DNA of 64,000 nt, from NCBI GenBank assembly GCA_965216635.1, contig OZ244188.1:1248001-1312000 (forward strand), read 5' to 3'. The position numbers and the translations under genes were made by a program. Under the pieces are notes generated by a model. The model was given only the letters and a program-made list of their open reading frames with translations, searched no databases and was not told the DNA's origin. The DNA is from a bacterium. GTDB lineage: Bacteria > SAR324 > XYD2-FULL-50-16 > G965216635. Each line of letters opens with the position of its first letter. The first letter of the stretch is position 1. Positions 49,294 through 58,355 of the stretch are shown in pieces.

Positions 49294-51333
49294 TTAAGGT
49301 AAAATTTTATTCTCTACAATAGCATTAAAATAGGTTTGAAAAAAAGCCAAAAAATTTTCCCTTTGTTTTTGGTGTGCTGTTTTTGCGAGCGGATTATGCA
49401 CTTCCTGCAAAGTTTGAAAGTCTATCACTTTCAACAACTCTTTTTGATTGAAAATATAAATGTATTCTTCTGTAATCCAATAGTCCAAGTCAGAAGAAAT
49501 CAAACTAAAATTAGAAATGCCTTTTTCTGCTAATAAATTTTTTCCAGCAGATGCAAAAGGCTGATTGTTTTTCAAAAGAGCTAAGATAGTAGGGGTGAGA
49601 TCTATATGCGAACCTATTTTGTAAGATACGCCCTTAGGCACTAAGCCTGAAGGTGAAAAAATCAGTAAAGGAATATTGAAATCTTTCTTAAAATTAGAAG
49701 TAATTCCTCTGCTATGGTCTGCCGTAATAATAAAAATTGTATTTTCATACCAATCTGTTTTTTTTGCTTTTTTAAAAAATTCACCTAAAGCCCAATCTGA
49801 GTATCGTAGAGAATTGAGATATTCAAAATCAGCAGTATCTTTTTTGAAATAATGAAACCTTTCTTCTGGAACATTGTAAGGATCGTGCGAACTCAAAGAA
49901 AAAAAAAGTCCATAAAAAGGATATTTTAATTTATCTAATTCTCCAGAAAAAAGTTCTAATGCCTCATGATCCCAAAGTCCCCAAGTACCGTCGTATTCTG
50001 CATTGGGAAAATCACTTAAAGAGAAAATTTTTTGGTAACCAGCAATTCCAGCCATATTATGTAAATTAAAACTACCTTCTTTACCCCCGTGGAAAAAAAT
50101 AGTTTCATACATTTCTTTTTTTAATGGTTGAGCTAAAGAAGACATTTTATTGCTTATAAACGGGCTGTCATAGATAGGCACTGTTTCGCTATTAGGAAGA
50201 GAAAAAAAAACACTAGTCATACTCTGAATGGAGCGTCTGCCAGAAGAATAAAAATTTTTAAAGAGCAAACCTTCTTTACTCAGACGATTAAAGTTAGGTG
50301 TAGTTTCTGAATTGCCTCCGCTTACAGTAGAAATAAATCTCCCACCCCATGTTTCCATTATTAATAAAACAATGTTGGGAGATATTTTTCTTTTTTCTGC
50401 CTCTGAAAAATTAAATTTACGGTAAAACGGAGCATTTTTGTCTAAAAAAACTTCTTGTGGAGAAACCAGTGGAGAAACCAGTGGAGAAACCAGTGGAGAA
50501 ACCAGTAGTTTTTGCGTTTTTTTGATGGCTATTTCTCTAGGTAGCCAGTCTTTTGGTTTTGCCAAAATAGTTTTTGCAGATAAGTATTTCAAAAAAGTAA
50601 AAGGAGCACTCAAAGCTAAATTCCCTAAATTTTGACTCCCATAAATAAAAGAATGGGATATATTCAGCGGTTTCAGTTGCCACCCACCTCTTGCAAACAA
50701 GACAATAAGAAAAAAAATAAAGAATCTTAAAACAACCTCTTTTAGCAAAAGCAACCAGCTAAAAGATTTTAGCTGGGCAGTTTTTTTTACCAAAGACGAA
50801 TTTACCAAAGATTCTTTTACCAGTGAACGATAAAAACGAAACCAAAGATAAGTGATAAAAAAAAAGAAAAAAAGTATGGAAAATATGATGAACCAATAGC
50901 TTTGCCAACCTGCACTAACAATAGTGAAAAAATCAGAAAAGAGAAAAAAAAATTCAAAGGAAACATGCCTTCCTGTTTCTCCAAAATAAGCAAGATCGGA
51001 TAGCTGTAAAGCAAAAAAGAATAGGTTAAAAGGGAGAGTGAACATTGCTAACAGTTTCACAATACCCATTTGCCAGCGAGGGAGAGAGAGTAGAACTAAA
51101 CAATAGAATAAACCATGAACTAAAAAGACAACAGCAAAATCAAATCTCAGTCCATAAAGCAGAGCCCAGATAATTTGGATAAAAGCATATTGTGCTTGAT
51201 ACTCTTGAAAGTAATAAAAGAAAAAAATAAGCCTTCCTAAAAAAAGCAGTCCTAGAGGAAGTCCAAAATAAAAAAGAGTAAGTTTGGTTAAAACTTTATT
51301 TTTTTCAAAAAAACTGAAATTTAAAATAGGCAT
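49294..51333 (-). CDS. LTA synthase family / sulfatase-domain membrane protein
   Basis: GLRFD, ARGG, NIVLLIME, SSHDPY, TADH, DLTPT; start placed at ATG overlapping the upstream stop (TAATG). Confidence 0.9.
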   Translation of the reverse strand: MPILNFSFFEKNKVLTKLTLFYFGLPLGLLFLGRLIFFFYYFQEYQAQYAFIQIIWALLYGLRFDFAVVFLVHGLFYCLVLLSLPRWQMGIVKLLAMFTLPFNLFFFALQLSDLAYFGETGRHVSFEFFFLFSDFFTIVSAGWQSYWFIIFSILFFFFFITYLWFRFYRSLVKESLVNSSLVKKTAQLKSFSWLLLLKEVVLRFFIFFLIVLFARGGWQLKPLNISHSFIYGSQNLGNLALSAPFTFLKYLSAKTILAKPKDWLPREIAIKKTQKLLVSPLVSPLVSPLVSPQEVFLDKNAPFYRKFNFSEAEKRKISPNIVLLIMETWGGRFISTVSGGNSETTPNFNRLSKEGLLFKNFYSSGRRSIQSMTSVFFSLPNSETVPIYDSPFISNKMSSLAQPLKKEMYETIFFHGGKEGSFNLHNMAGIAGYQKIFSLSDFPNAEYDGTWGLWDHEALELFSGELDKLKYPFYGLFFSLSSHDPYNVPEERFHYFKKDTADFEYLNSLRYSDWALGEFFKKAKKTDWYENTIFIITADHSRGITSNFKKDFNIPLLIFSPSGLVPKGVSYKIGSHIDLTPTILALLKNNQPFASAGKNLLAEKGISNFSLISSDLDYWITEEYIYIFNQKELLKVIDFQTLQEVHNPLAKTAHQKQRENFLAFFQTYFNAIVENKILP
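50457..50504. repeat. In-frame tandem repeat 4 x 12 bp (LVSP)
   Basis: GTGGAGAAACCA x4. Confidence 0.95.
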
Positions 51334-52040
51334 TATTTTTTGAGATAATATTGTCGTTTTTTTTCTGGTAATTTTTCTATAGCGTAGCGTAGCATTGTGC
51401 GTGGCATTTCTTGTATGTGCTTGTCTAAAAACCGCTCTAAATCTTCCAATTTGACCTTGCCTACTTCTCGTAACATCCATCCGCTTGCTTTATGGATTAA
51501 ATCTTCTTTATCTTTCAGTAGTATTTTGGCAAGAGTCAAAGTATCTTTTGTGTCCTTTTGTTTGATATAATAAAAAGTGGAAATTATGGCTATCCGTCGC
51601 TCCCAAAGAGAAGCAGAAACTACAAGTTGATAAAGTAGGTCTCTTTTTTTATCCATCAGATAAATACCTATAATTTTATGAGCACTAGAATCTACCAAAT
51701 CCCAGTTGTTGACATACCTGATATATTTTAGATAAAACTGGTAAATTTTATGCTGTTGATTTTTATCGCCACTACGAGAACTACTTTCAAACTGTAAAAC
51801 AAGAATAAACAGAGCCAATAATCTTTCTTCGTGAATTTTGGAGCAGAGTAAGCCTTTTAATATTGTAAAATCAGCATTTTTCCATTTTTTAGAAATTTCA
51901 CGAATTTCAGGCACTGTTAATCCTAAAAAAACATCCCCTTCGGAGTATTCTCCTTTTGCGGTTTTAAAAAATCTTTGGGAATGTATTGCCCTTTTAGAGT
52001 CTTTTTTTTGATGCAATTCTTTAAGGATTATGTTAAGCAT
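51333..52040 (-). CDS. DNA alkylation repair protein (AlkD-like)
   Basis: FFKTAKGEY, NNWDLVD, WERR, LIHKASGWMLRE, RYAIEK. Confidence 0.92.
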   Translation of the reverse strand: MLNIILKELHQKKDSKRAIHSQRFFKTAKGEYSEGDVFLGLTVPEIREISKKWKNADFTILKGLLCSKIHEERLLALFILVLQFESSSRSGDKNQQHKIYQFYLKYIRYVNNWDLVDSSAHKIIGIYLMDKKRDLLYQLVVSASLWERRIAIISTFYYIKQKDTKDTLTLAKILLKDKEDLIHKASGWMLREVGKVKLEDLERFLDKHIQEMPRTMLRYAIEKLPEKKRQYYLKK

Positions 52041-52067
52041 TTTGAGGTTTCGAGATTTCTTTTTATA

Positions 52068-52311
52068 TAGACTTTTGAATTAGCGTTCTGTTTAGCCAAA
52101 GCAAGCTTATTGCTTGAAACTATTTATGGGCTATAGAAAAAGTGCCTTTTGGCACTTTTTCATTTCTTTTTTGTATTACGCAAGGTTTGTAGTGTTTTTT
52201 GCTACGCCATTAAAAAAAAATTTTAACTCTTGAAATATTACATATATTCCAGCGAGCTAAAATTTTTTTTCGCCTTGCCTAGCCGTCACATAACGCTAAT
52301 TCAAAGGTCTA
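52068..52311. mobile_element. MITE copy (244 bp), TSD TTATA
   Basis: TAGACTTTTGAATTAGCG...CGCTAATTCAAAGGTCTA with TTATA both sides. Confidence 0.95.
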
Positions 52312-52379
52312 TTATACACGAAAATGATAAACTATTTTTTAAAAAACCTCAAAAAAAGGTTTGCCCAATAGTTTTCCCA

Positions 52380-53414
52380 ATGATTCATAAAATAATTCAC
52401 ATAGATATGGACGCTTTTTATGCCTCTATTGAGCAAAGAGATTTCCCTCAATATAGAGACAAACCTCTAGTTGTAGGTGGCGATCCAAATGGCAGAGGAG
52501 TAGTGGCGACCTGCAGTTATGAAGCTAGAAAATACGGTATTCATTCTGCGATGCCTTCTTATAGAGCCTACCGACTTTGTCCGCAAGCAATATTTGTAAA
52601 ACCTCGTTTTGCAGCCTACAAAGAAGCCTCTCAAAAAATTAGAGAAATTTTTTATCAATACACTTCCTTAGTAGAGCCGCTTTCTTTAGACGAAGCCTAC
52701 TTGGATGTGACAGATTCTAAGAAATGTTTTGGATCGGCTACTTTAATTGCAAAAGAAATTAAAAGAAAAATTTTTGAACAGGTTCAAATCACCGCCTCTG
52801 CTGGAGTTTCTTATAATAAATTTTTAGCCAAAATAGCCAGCGACATTCAAAAACCCAATGGACTCACCATTGTCCTGCCCCAAAAGGGAGAAGAGTTTGT
52901 GAAAAAATTAAAAATTCGTCAATTTTATGGTGTTGGCAAAGCAACAGAAAAAAAAATGCACCGCTTAAACATTTATACAGGAGCAGATTTAAAAAAGTGG
53001 AGCATCACAGAACTAAAAAAGCATTTTGGAAAATTTAGCAACTACCTCTATTCTGCTGCAAGAGCTATCGACAACCGCTCCGTAAAAACTTTTAGGCAGA
53101 GAAAATCTGTAGGAAAAGAAACAACCTTTCTCAAAGATATTTCTAAAAAAGAAGAGGCTTTAATTGTTTTAGAAAAACTGACTGTGCAAATTTTGGACTT
53201 TATGCAGCAAAAAAAATTTACTGCAAAAACTTTAACTTTAAAGATGAAATATACAGATTTTCGCTCCATTACCCGTAGTCAAACTCAAAAAGAAGGTTAT
53301 CAAAATTTACCTGAACTGCTAGAAACACTGGAAGTTTTACTAGCAAAAACAGATTTCGGAAAGAGAAAAATTAGACTGTTAGGGGTTAGTTTGACTAACC
53401 TAGTAGACCTTTGA
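52380..53414 (+). CDS. dinB: DNA polymerase IV
   Basis: HIDMDAFYAS, SYEAR, SLDEAYLD, KFLAKIAS, RLLGV; start moved to 52380 since the longer ORF begins in the MITE. Confidence 0.97.
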   Translation: MIHKIIHIDMDAFYASIEQRDFPQYRDKPLVVGGDPNGRGVVATCSYEARKYGIHSAMPSYRAYRLCPQAIFVKPRFAAYKEASQKIREIFYQYTSLVEPLSLDEAYLDVTDSKKCFGSATLIAKEIKRKIFEQVQITASAGVSYNKFLAKIASDIQKPNGLTIVLPQKGEEFVKKLKIRQFYGVGKATEKKMHRLNIYTGADLKKWSITELKKHFGKFSNYLYSAARAIDNRSVKTFRQRKSVGKETTFLKDISKKEEALIVLEKLTVQILDFMQQKKFTAKTLTLKMKYTDFRSITRSQTQKEGYQNLPELLETLEVLLAKTDFGKRKIRLLGVSLTNLVDL

Positions 53415-53439
53415 TTATTAAGAAAAATCTGTAAAAAAC

Positions 53440-53590
53440 AAATAAACTGCCAATAGCCAAAAAAATACTATTGACAAGAAATTTTTTTTCTATAATTATT
53501 CTTTATAAGAAATAGTCAGAAAAAATAAAAAACTGCCAATAGCCAAAAAAATACTATTGACAAGATTTTTTTTTTCTGCAATTCTTTATG
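53440..53590 (+). promoter_or_regulatory. Duplicated promoter-like unit with TTGACA followed by poly-T
   Basis: AACTGCCAATAGCCAAAAAAATACTATTGACAAGA twice (TTGACA at 53471 and 53557); again at 56692. Confidence 0.55.
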
Positions 53591-53632
53591 AAGTTTTGTT
53601 ATTTAACCTAAATTCTAATTATCTACACGATT

Positions 53633-55078
53633 ATGAAAAACATAAATTCTCAAGTTTTAAGGAAAACTTTTGCGGCTCGTTTTATTTTGGCTCGTTTTAT
53701 TTTGGCTCGTTTTACTCTGGTTCGTTTCGTTTTGGCAGCTATTCTTATTCCCGCTCTTCTTATAGGAAGTGCCTTTACTTTTGGAGGCAGCAAGCTGCAA
53801 GCCCAAGCGGTTCAAAGCAGCAGCAAGCTGGGATTTTTCGTTGGCATTGCCTATCTGAGTGGTTTTAAAGTGGATACCACAACACGTGTCACCACAAATA
53901 GCACAACCATCACAGACGCTATTACTACAGGCTATAGAATTGATGTAGATCGTGGCAATGGCGGCTATGGAGCGGCAAGCTATAGAATAGAAGCAACTAG
54001 TGGACATCCTGGCTGGGATGCTACAACAGCAACTGGAATCAGAGCTTTAGTATCAGCAAATTGTGAAAGCAGTAAAACATCTGTTAATTCAAATGGAGAA
54101 TACTTTTTTTCACAAGATACTTTTATTTCCTTTGATTCTGGTGCAAAACCGTCTTTAGCTGATATTCTCAGTCCTACGAATGATGCTACCGTAACTTTCC
54201 TAGACCGTAGATTTCCTAGTACAAACTTTCGTTCAGGATTGGCAACGACAGATGATCCTTCTTTAGGAGTAATACAAGAAACATCCCATTGTTATAGCTA
54301 CTTTTCCCAAAAGACTAAAGATTTTAATTCTTCTACTTATGAGGTGACTCCAGATTCGCCTTCAAATCCAACATCTGTACCTGCGGATCCAATTGAAACC
54401 ACTAGTAGCAAGAGTGATCAACTATCAGGTATTGGTCTGCAATTCGGTTTTAGGTGGGAAAAATGGAGAGCCTCCTTGACGCACTTTACTGGCAAAGGTG
54501 GAGCTAACGAACTCGCCAATACACTAGTTATGGCGGATTATTTTGTAAACAAGGGTCTTTTTGTAGGAGGCGGTCTAGCGAGCATGAAGCTTACCAGCGG
54601 CTCTGCCAATGGTTATACCAGCGGCTCTGCCACAAGTCCAGCGCTTAGAGTCGGCTATAAGCAGAAATTAACCCCCAACCTATCGCTTAATTTTGGCTTG
54701 ACGAAGTATATCTCGGGGGTTTCTCTAAAAAGTAGTGTTACTACTACTACTACTACTACTCCTCCTACTACTCCTACTAATACTACTCCCATTATGTTAC
54801 GCTCTTTTCAAAAAACACAGACTGGTGGTGATTCAGCAACAATTGGGATGTTAGATGTGGTTGGGAATGGGAGTTCTAATGTGTTTAGATATTTCACTGG
54901 TGGTAATACAGTTGATGATGGAAGAGTAGAAGTAACTCAATTCCACAGCAGAACTGTATATATAAAAGAAATACAGATTCCAGCAGGATCAGAAACTCAG
55001 ACAACCACAACCACCGAAACAGATGCCGAACTCAAAGCACCCCTCGTCATCAGCATCTCCTTCCACTTGACTTTTTAA
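53633..55078 (+). CDS. Variable outer-membrane beta-barrel protein (family A, tandem copy 1)
   Basis: Extended signal peptide, 8 amphipathic strands, two large Thr-flanked insertions, C-terminal FHLTF. Confidence 0.82.
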   Translation: MKNINSQVLRKTFAARFILARFILARFTLVRFVLAAILIPALLIGSAFTFGGSKLQAQAVQSSSKLGFFVGIAYLSGFKVDTTTRVTTNSTTITDAITTGYRIDVDRGNGGYGAASYRIEATSGHPGWDATTATGIRALVSANCESSKTSVNSNGEYFFSQDTFISFDSGAKPSLADILSPTNDATVTFLDRRFPSTNFRSGLATTDDPSLGVIQETSHCYSYFSQKTKDFNSSTYEVTPDSPSNPTSVPADPIETTSSKSDQLSGIGLQFGFRWEKWRASLTHFTGKGGANELANTLVMADYFVNKGLFVGGGLASMKLTSGSANGYTSGSATSPALRVGYKQKLTPNLSLNFGLTKYISGVSLKSSVTTTTTTTPPTTPTNTTPIMLRSFQKTQTGGDSATIGMLDVVGNGSSNVFRYFTGGNTVDDGRVEVTQFHSRTVYIKEIQIPAGSETQTTTTTETDAELKAPLVISISFHLTF

Positions 55079-55192
55079 GAAAACAGAAAAAATAAAAAAC
55101 TGCCAACAACCAATAGTTTGCTATTATTGTTTTTTTCTGTTAAGCTTTATGAAGTTTTGTTATTTAACCTAAATTTAATTATTTACACGATT

Positions 55193-56566
55193 ATGAAAAA
55201 CATAAATTCCCAAGTTTTAAGGAAAACTTTCGCTTTTTCGCTGGTTCGTTTTATTTTGGTTCGTTTAGTTTTGGCTCGTTTCGTTTTGGCAGCTATTCTT
55301 ATTCCCGCTCTTCTTATAGGAAGTGCCTTTACTTTTGGAGGCAGCAAGCTGCAAGCCCAAGCGAATGGTAGCCCAAATGGTCAGAGCAGCAAGCAGGGAT
55401 TTTTCGCTGGTATTGTCTATCTAAATGGTTTTAAGGTAGATAGCAGCACTAAAACCACTAGCGTCACTAATGCTAATATTAGTATTGTTGGTGATGCCAC
55501 GACATCCTATACCCTGATAGGTTATTCAGCTATCACCACTGGCATAGAAGCAAAAGCTGCTTCTTTCTTTGATTCTAGTCCTTTGAAAGCTGGACTAGAA
55601 GCTCTTATAGCAAAAAACTGTGAAACAGGAGCAGCAACTGCTGATGCCGGTGGAACCTATTCTTTTTTGAATCCCTACATACAGACCTTTGATGAAGGCT
55701 CAAGAGATTTTGTAGGTGACTCCGCCACTTCTATAACTAATAACTGGCCTCTTAATACATGTTTAGAACACTTTTCTTCTAATGGTTTAACCGATGCTTC
55801 TTTTGATGATTATGAAGTAACCGCAGATGATATAATAGTGCATGGTTCAATATCAACAACATCAACAACACCAACAGACACATCAACAACTAGCAAGAGT
55901 GATAAACTATCAGGTATTGGTCTGCAATTCGGCTTTAGGTGGGAAAAATGGAGAGCCTCTCTGACTCACTTTACTGGCAAGGGTGGAGCTAACAAGCTCT
56001 CCAATACACTAGTTATGGCGGATTACTTTTTTAACGAGGATTTTTTTGTAGGAGGCGGTCTAGCGAGTATGAAGCTTACCAATTCTGCCAATGGTTCTAC
56101 TAGCGAATCTGCCATTAGCCCAGCTATCCAAATCGGCTATAAAAAGAAATTAACCTCCAACCTGTCGCTTAATTTTGGATTGACGAAGTATATCTCGGGG
56201 GTTTCTCTAAAAAGTAGCACTGCTCCGACAACTACTCCCTATACTCCCGATCCCATTTTCAATCCTGCCAATACTACAAGAAACACCTTGACCCATGAGC
56301 AGGGTCCAATAAAAGGAGGATCAGTAGTGATGGGTACCGTGAATGTTAATACCAATGGCAACTCATTCAACTCAGTGGTTGTCTCGGGAGTTGGCGATTT
56401 AAGAACAGAAGCAACCCAATTTGGAAGCAGAACCGTTACTGTAGAAGAAACTATTGAGACTGGCACTACAACCACAACAGAAGGAACAATAGAAACAACC
56501 ACAGAGACCGCTGCCGAGCTCAAAGCACCCCTCGTCATCAGCATCTCCTTCCACTTGACTTTTTAA
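55193..56566 (+). CDS. Variable outer-membrane beta-barrel protein (family A, tandem copy 2)
   Basis: Starts MKNINSQ like paralogues; conserved barrel, highly divergent insertions. Confidence 0.82.
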   Translation: MKNINSQVLRKTFAFSLVRFILVRLVLARFVLAAILIPALLIGSAFTFGGSKLQAQANGSPNGQSSKQGFFAGIVYLNGFKVDSSTKTTSVTNANISIVGDATTSYTLIGYSAITTGIEAKAASFFDSSPLKAGLEALIAKNCETGAATADAGGTYSFLNPYIQTFDEGSRDFVGDSATSITNNWPLNTCLEHFSSNGLTDASFDDYEVTADDIIVHGSISTTSTTPTDTSTTSKSDKLSGIGLQFGFRWEKWRASLTHFTGKGGANKLSNTLVMADYFFNEDFFVGGGLASMKLTNSANGSTSESAISPAIQIGYKKKLTSNLSLNFGLTKYISGVSLKSSTAPTTTPYTPDPIFNPANTTRNTLTHEQGPIKGGSVVMGTVNVNTNGNSFNSVVVSGVGDLRTEATQFGSRTVTVEETIETGTTTTTEGTIETTTETAAELKAPLVISISFHLTF

Positions 56567-56767
56567 GAAAACAGAAAAAATAAAAAACTGCCAACAACCA
56601 ATAGTTTGCTATTATTGTTTTTTTCTGCAATTATTCTTTATAAAGGATAAGCAGAAAAAATAAAAAGATGCCAATAGCCAACAAAATACTATTGACAAGA
56701 ATTTTTTTTTCTGCAACTTCTTTATGAAGTTTTGTTATTTAACCTAAATTTAATTATTTACACGATT

Positions 56768-58117
56768 ATGAAAAACATAAATTCCCAAGTTTTAAGGAAA
56801 ACTTTCGCTTTTTCGCTGGTTCGTTTTATTTTGGTTCGTTTAGTTTTGGCTCGTTTCGTTTTGGCAGCTATTCTTATTCCCGCTCTTCTTATAGGAAGTG
56901 CCTTTACTTTTGGAGGCAGCAATCTGCAAGCCCAAGCGGTTCAAAATAATACAAAATCGGGATTTTTCGCTGGGTTTGTCTATCTGAGTGGCTTTAAAGT
57001 AGACACCACAAAACTTGTCACCACAAACAGCACAACCATCACAGACTCTATTACTACAGGCTATAGAATTACTGGCTATGGAGACGCAACCTCTAGCATA
57101 GTCGCAACCAGCGGGCGTTCTGACTGGGATGCTGCGACAGCAACTGGAGCCAGAACTTTAGTATCAGCAAATTGTAAAGATGGTAAAACAACAACTGTTA
57201 ATTTAGTAAATGTATCATACTCCTTTGAAGCACGTATTTTTGATTCCTTTGATTCTGGTGCAAAACCGTCTACAATTGATTCTGTAACTACAAGAGATCC
57301 TAGTAATGACCGATTTCTTTCAGGATTGTCAGAAGGAGAAACATCCCATTGTTATAGCTACTTTTTCGGTGATCTTTCCTCCGATAGAAGCTCTATTCCA
57401 AACTATCAGATTGCGACTCCAGATTCAGCTCCGACTCCAACTTCTGTACATGCGGATCCAAGAACAACCACTAGTAGCAAGAGCGATAAACTCTCAGGTA
57501 TTGGTCTGCAATTCGGCTTTAGGTGGGAAAAATGGAGAGCCTCCTTGACTCACTATACTGGCAAAGGTGGAGCTAACGAGCTCGCCAATACACTAGTTAT
57601 GGCGGATTATTTTGTAAACAAGGGTCTTTTTGTAGGAGGCGGTCTAGCGAGTATGACGCTCCAAAATAGTTTAACCAGTGGCTCTGCCACAAGTCCAGTG
57701 CTTAGAGTCGGCTATAAGCAGAACTTAACCTCCAACCTATCGCTTAATTTTGGCTTGAAGAAGTATATTTCGGGGGTTTCTCTAAAAAGTAGTGTTACTA
57801 CTACTACTACTCCTACTACTACTAATACTACTCCCATTGTGTTACGCTCTTTTGAAAAAACACAGACTGCACGCGGTGATTCAGCAACAATTGGAATCAG
57901 AAATGTGTCGATTGATAGTGATACCATTGATCTTCGATTCCTTAATAATGTTGATAACAGAATAGAAGTAACTCAATTCCACAGCAGAACTGTAAATATA
58001 GACGAAATCCAGATTCCAGCAGGAGCCACAGAAACTCAGACAGAAACAACCACCGAAACCGATGCCGAACTCAAAGCACCACTCGTCATCAGCATCTCCT
58101 TCCATTTGACTTTTTAA
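56768..58117 (+). CDS. Variable outer-membrane beta-barrel protein (family A, tandem copy 3)
   Basis: Leader like copy 2, loops like copy 1. Confidence 0.82.
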   Translation: MKNINSQVLRKTFAFSLVRFILVRLVLARFVLAAILIPALLIGSAFTFGGSNLQAQAVQNNTKSGFFAGFVYLSGFKVDTTKLVTTNSTTITDSITTGYRITGYGDATSSIVATSGRSDWDAATATGARTLVSANCKDGKTTTVNLVNVSYSFEARIFDSFDSGAKPSTIDSVTTRDPSNDRFLSGLSEGETSHCYSYFFGDLSSDRSSIPNYQIATPDSAPTPTSVHADPRTTTSSKSDKLSGIGLQFGFRWEKWRASLTHYTGKGGANELANTLVMADYFVNKGLFVGGGLASMTLQNSLTSGSATSPVLRVGYKQNLTSNLSLNFGLKKYISGVSLKSSVTTTTTPTTTNTTPIVLRSFEKTQTARGDSATIGIRNVSIDSDTIDLRFLNNVDNRIEVTQFHSRTVNIDEIQIPAGATETQTETTTETDAELKAPLVISISFHLTF

Positions 58118-58154
58118 GAAAAAAAAAACTGCAGGGAATTTTATAGCATAACAT

Positions 58155-58259
58155 GTAGAGACGCCCTACAGGGCGTCTTATACGATGTGCATAAACCACA
58201 AAAAGCTGTTTTTAATAAACGTTCTAAATTTATGAGACGCCCATATAGGACGTCTCTAC
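58155..58259. repeat. Inverted pair of GTAG-type REP elements (REPIN-like)
   Basis: GTAGAGACGCCCTACAGGGCGTCTTATA and, inverted, GTAGAGACGTCCTATATGGGCGTCTCATA. Confidence 0.75.
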
Positions 58260-58355
58260 AGACCTACATAAAATAAAAAATACCTCCCCGCAATGCATTT
58301 GATTTTTTTTTTGAAACCTGTAGGGGATGTTTTTTTTGGTAGGTTCGCTCCTACT

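Noticed and set aside
51334..51480. N-terminal extension of LTA synthase
   Set aside because: Overlaps the AlkD-like gene; coupled ATG at 51333 is more plausible.
52230..52379. N-terminal extension of DinB
   Set aside because: Begins in MITE sequence; the conserved DinB start is at 52380.
53633..58117. Diversity-generating retroelement target/template
   Set aside because: No reverse transcriptase in the window; differences are block substitutions and indels rather than adenine-specific changes.
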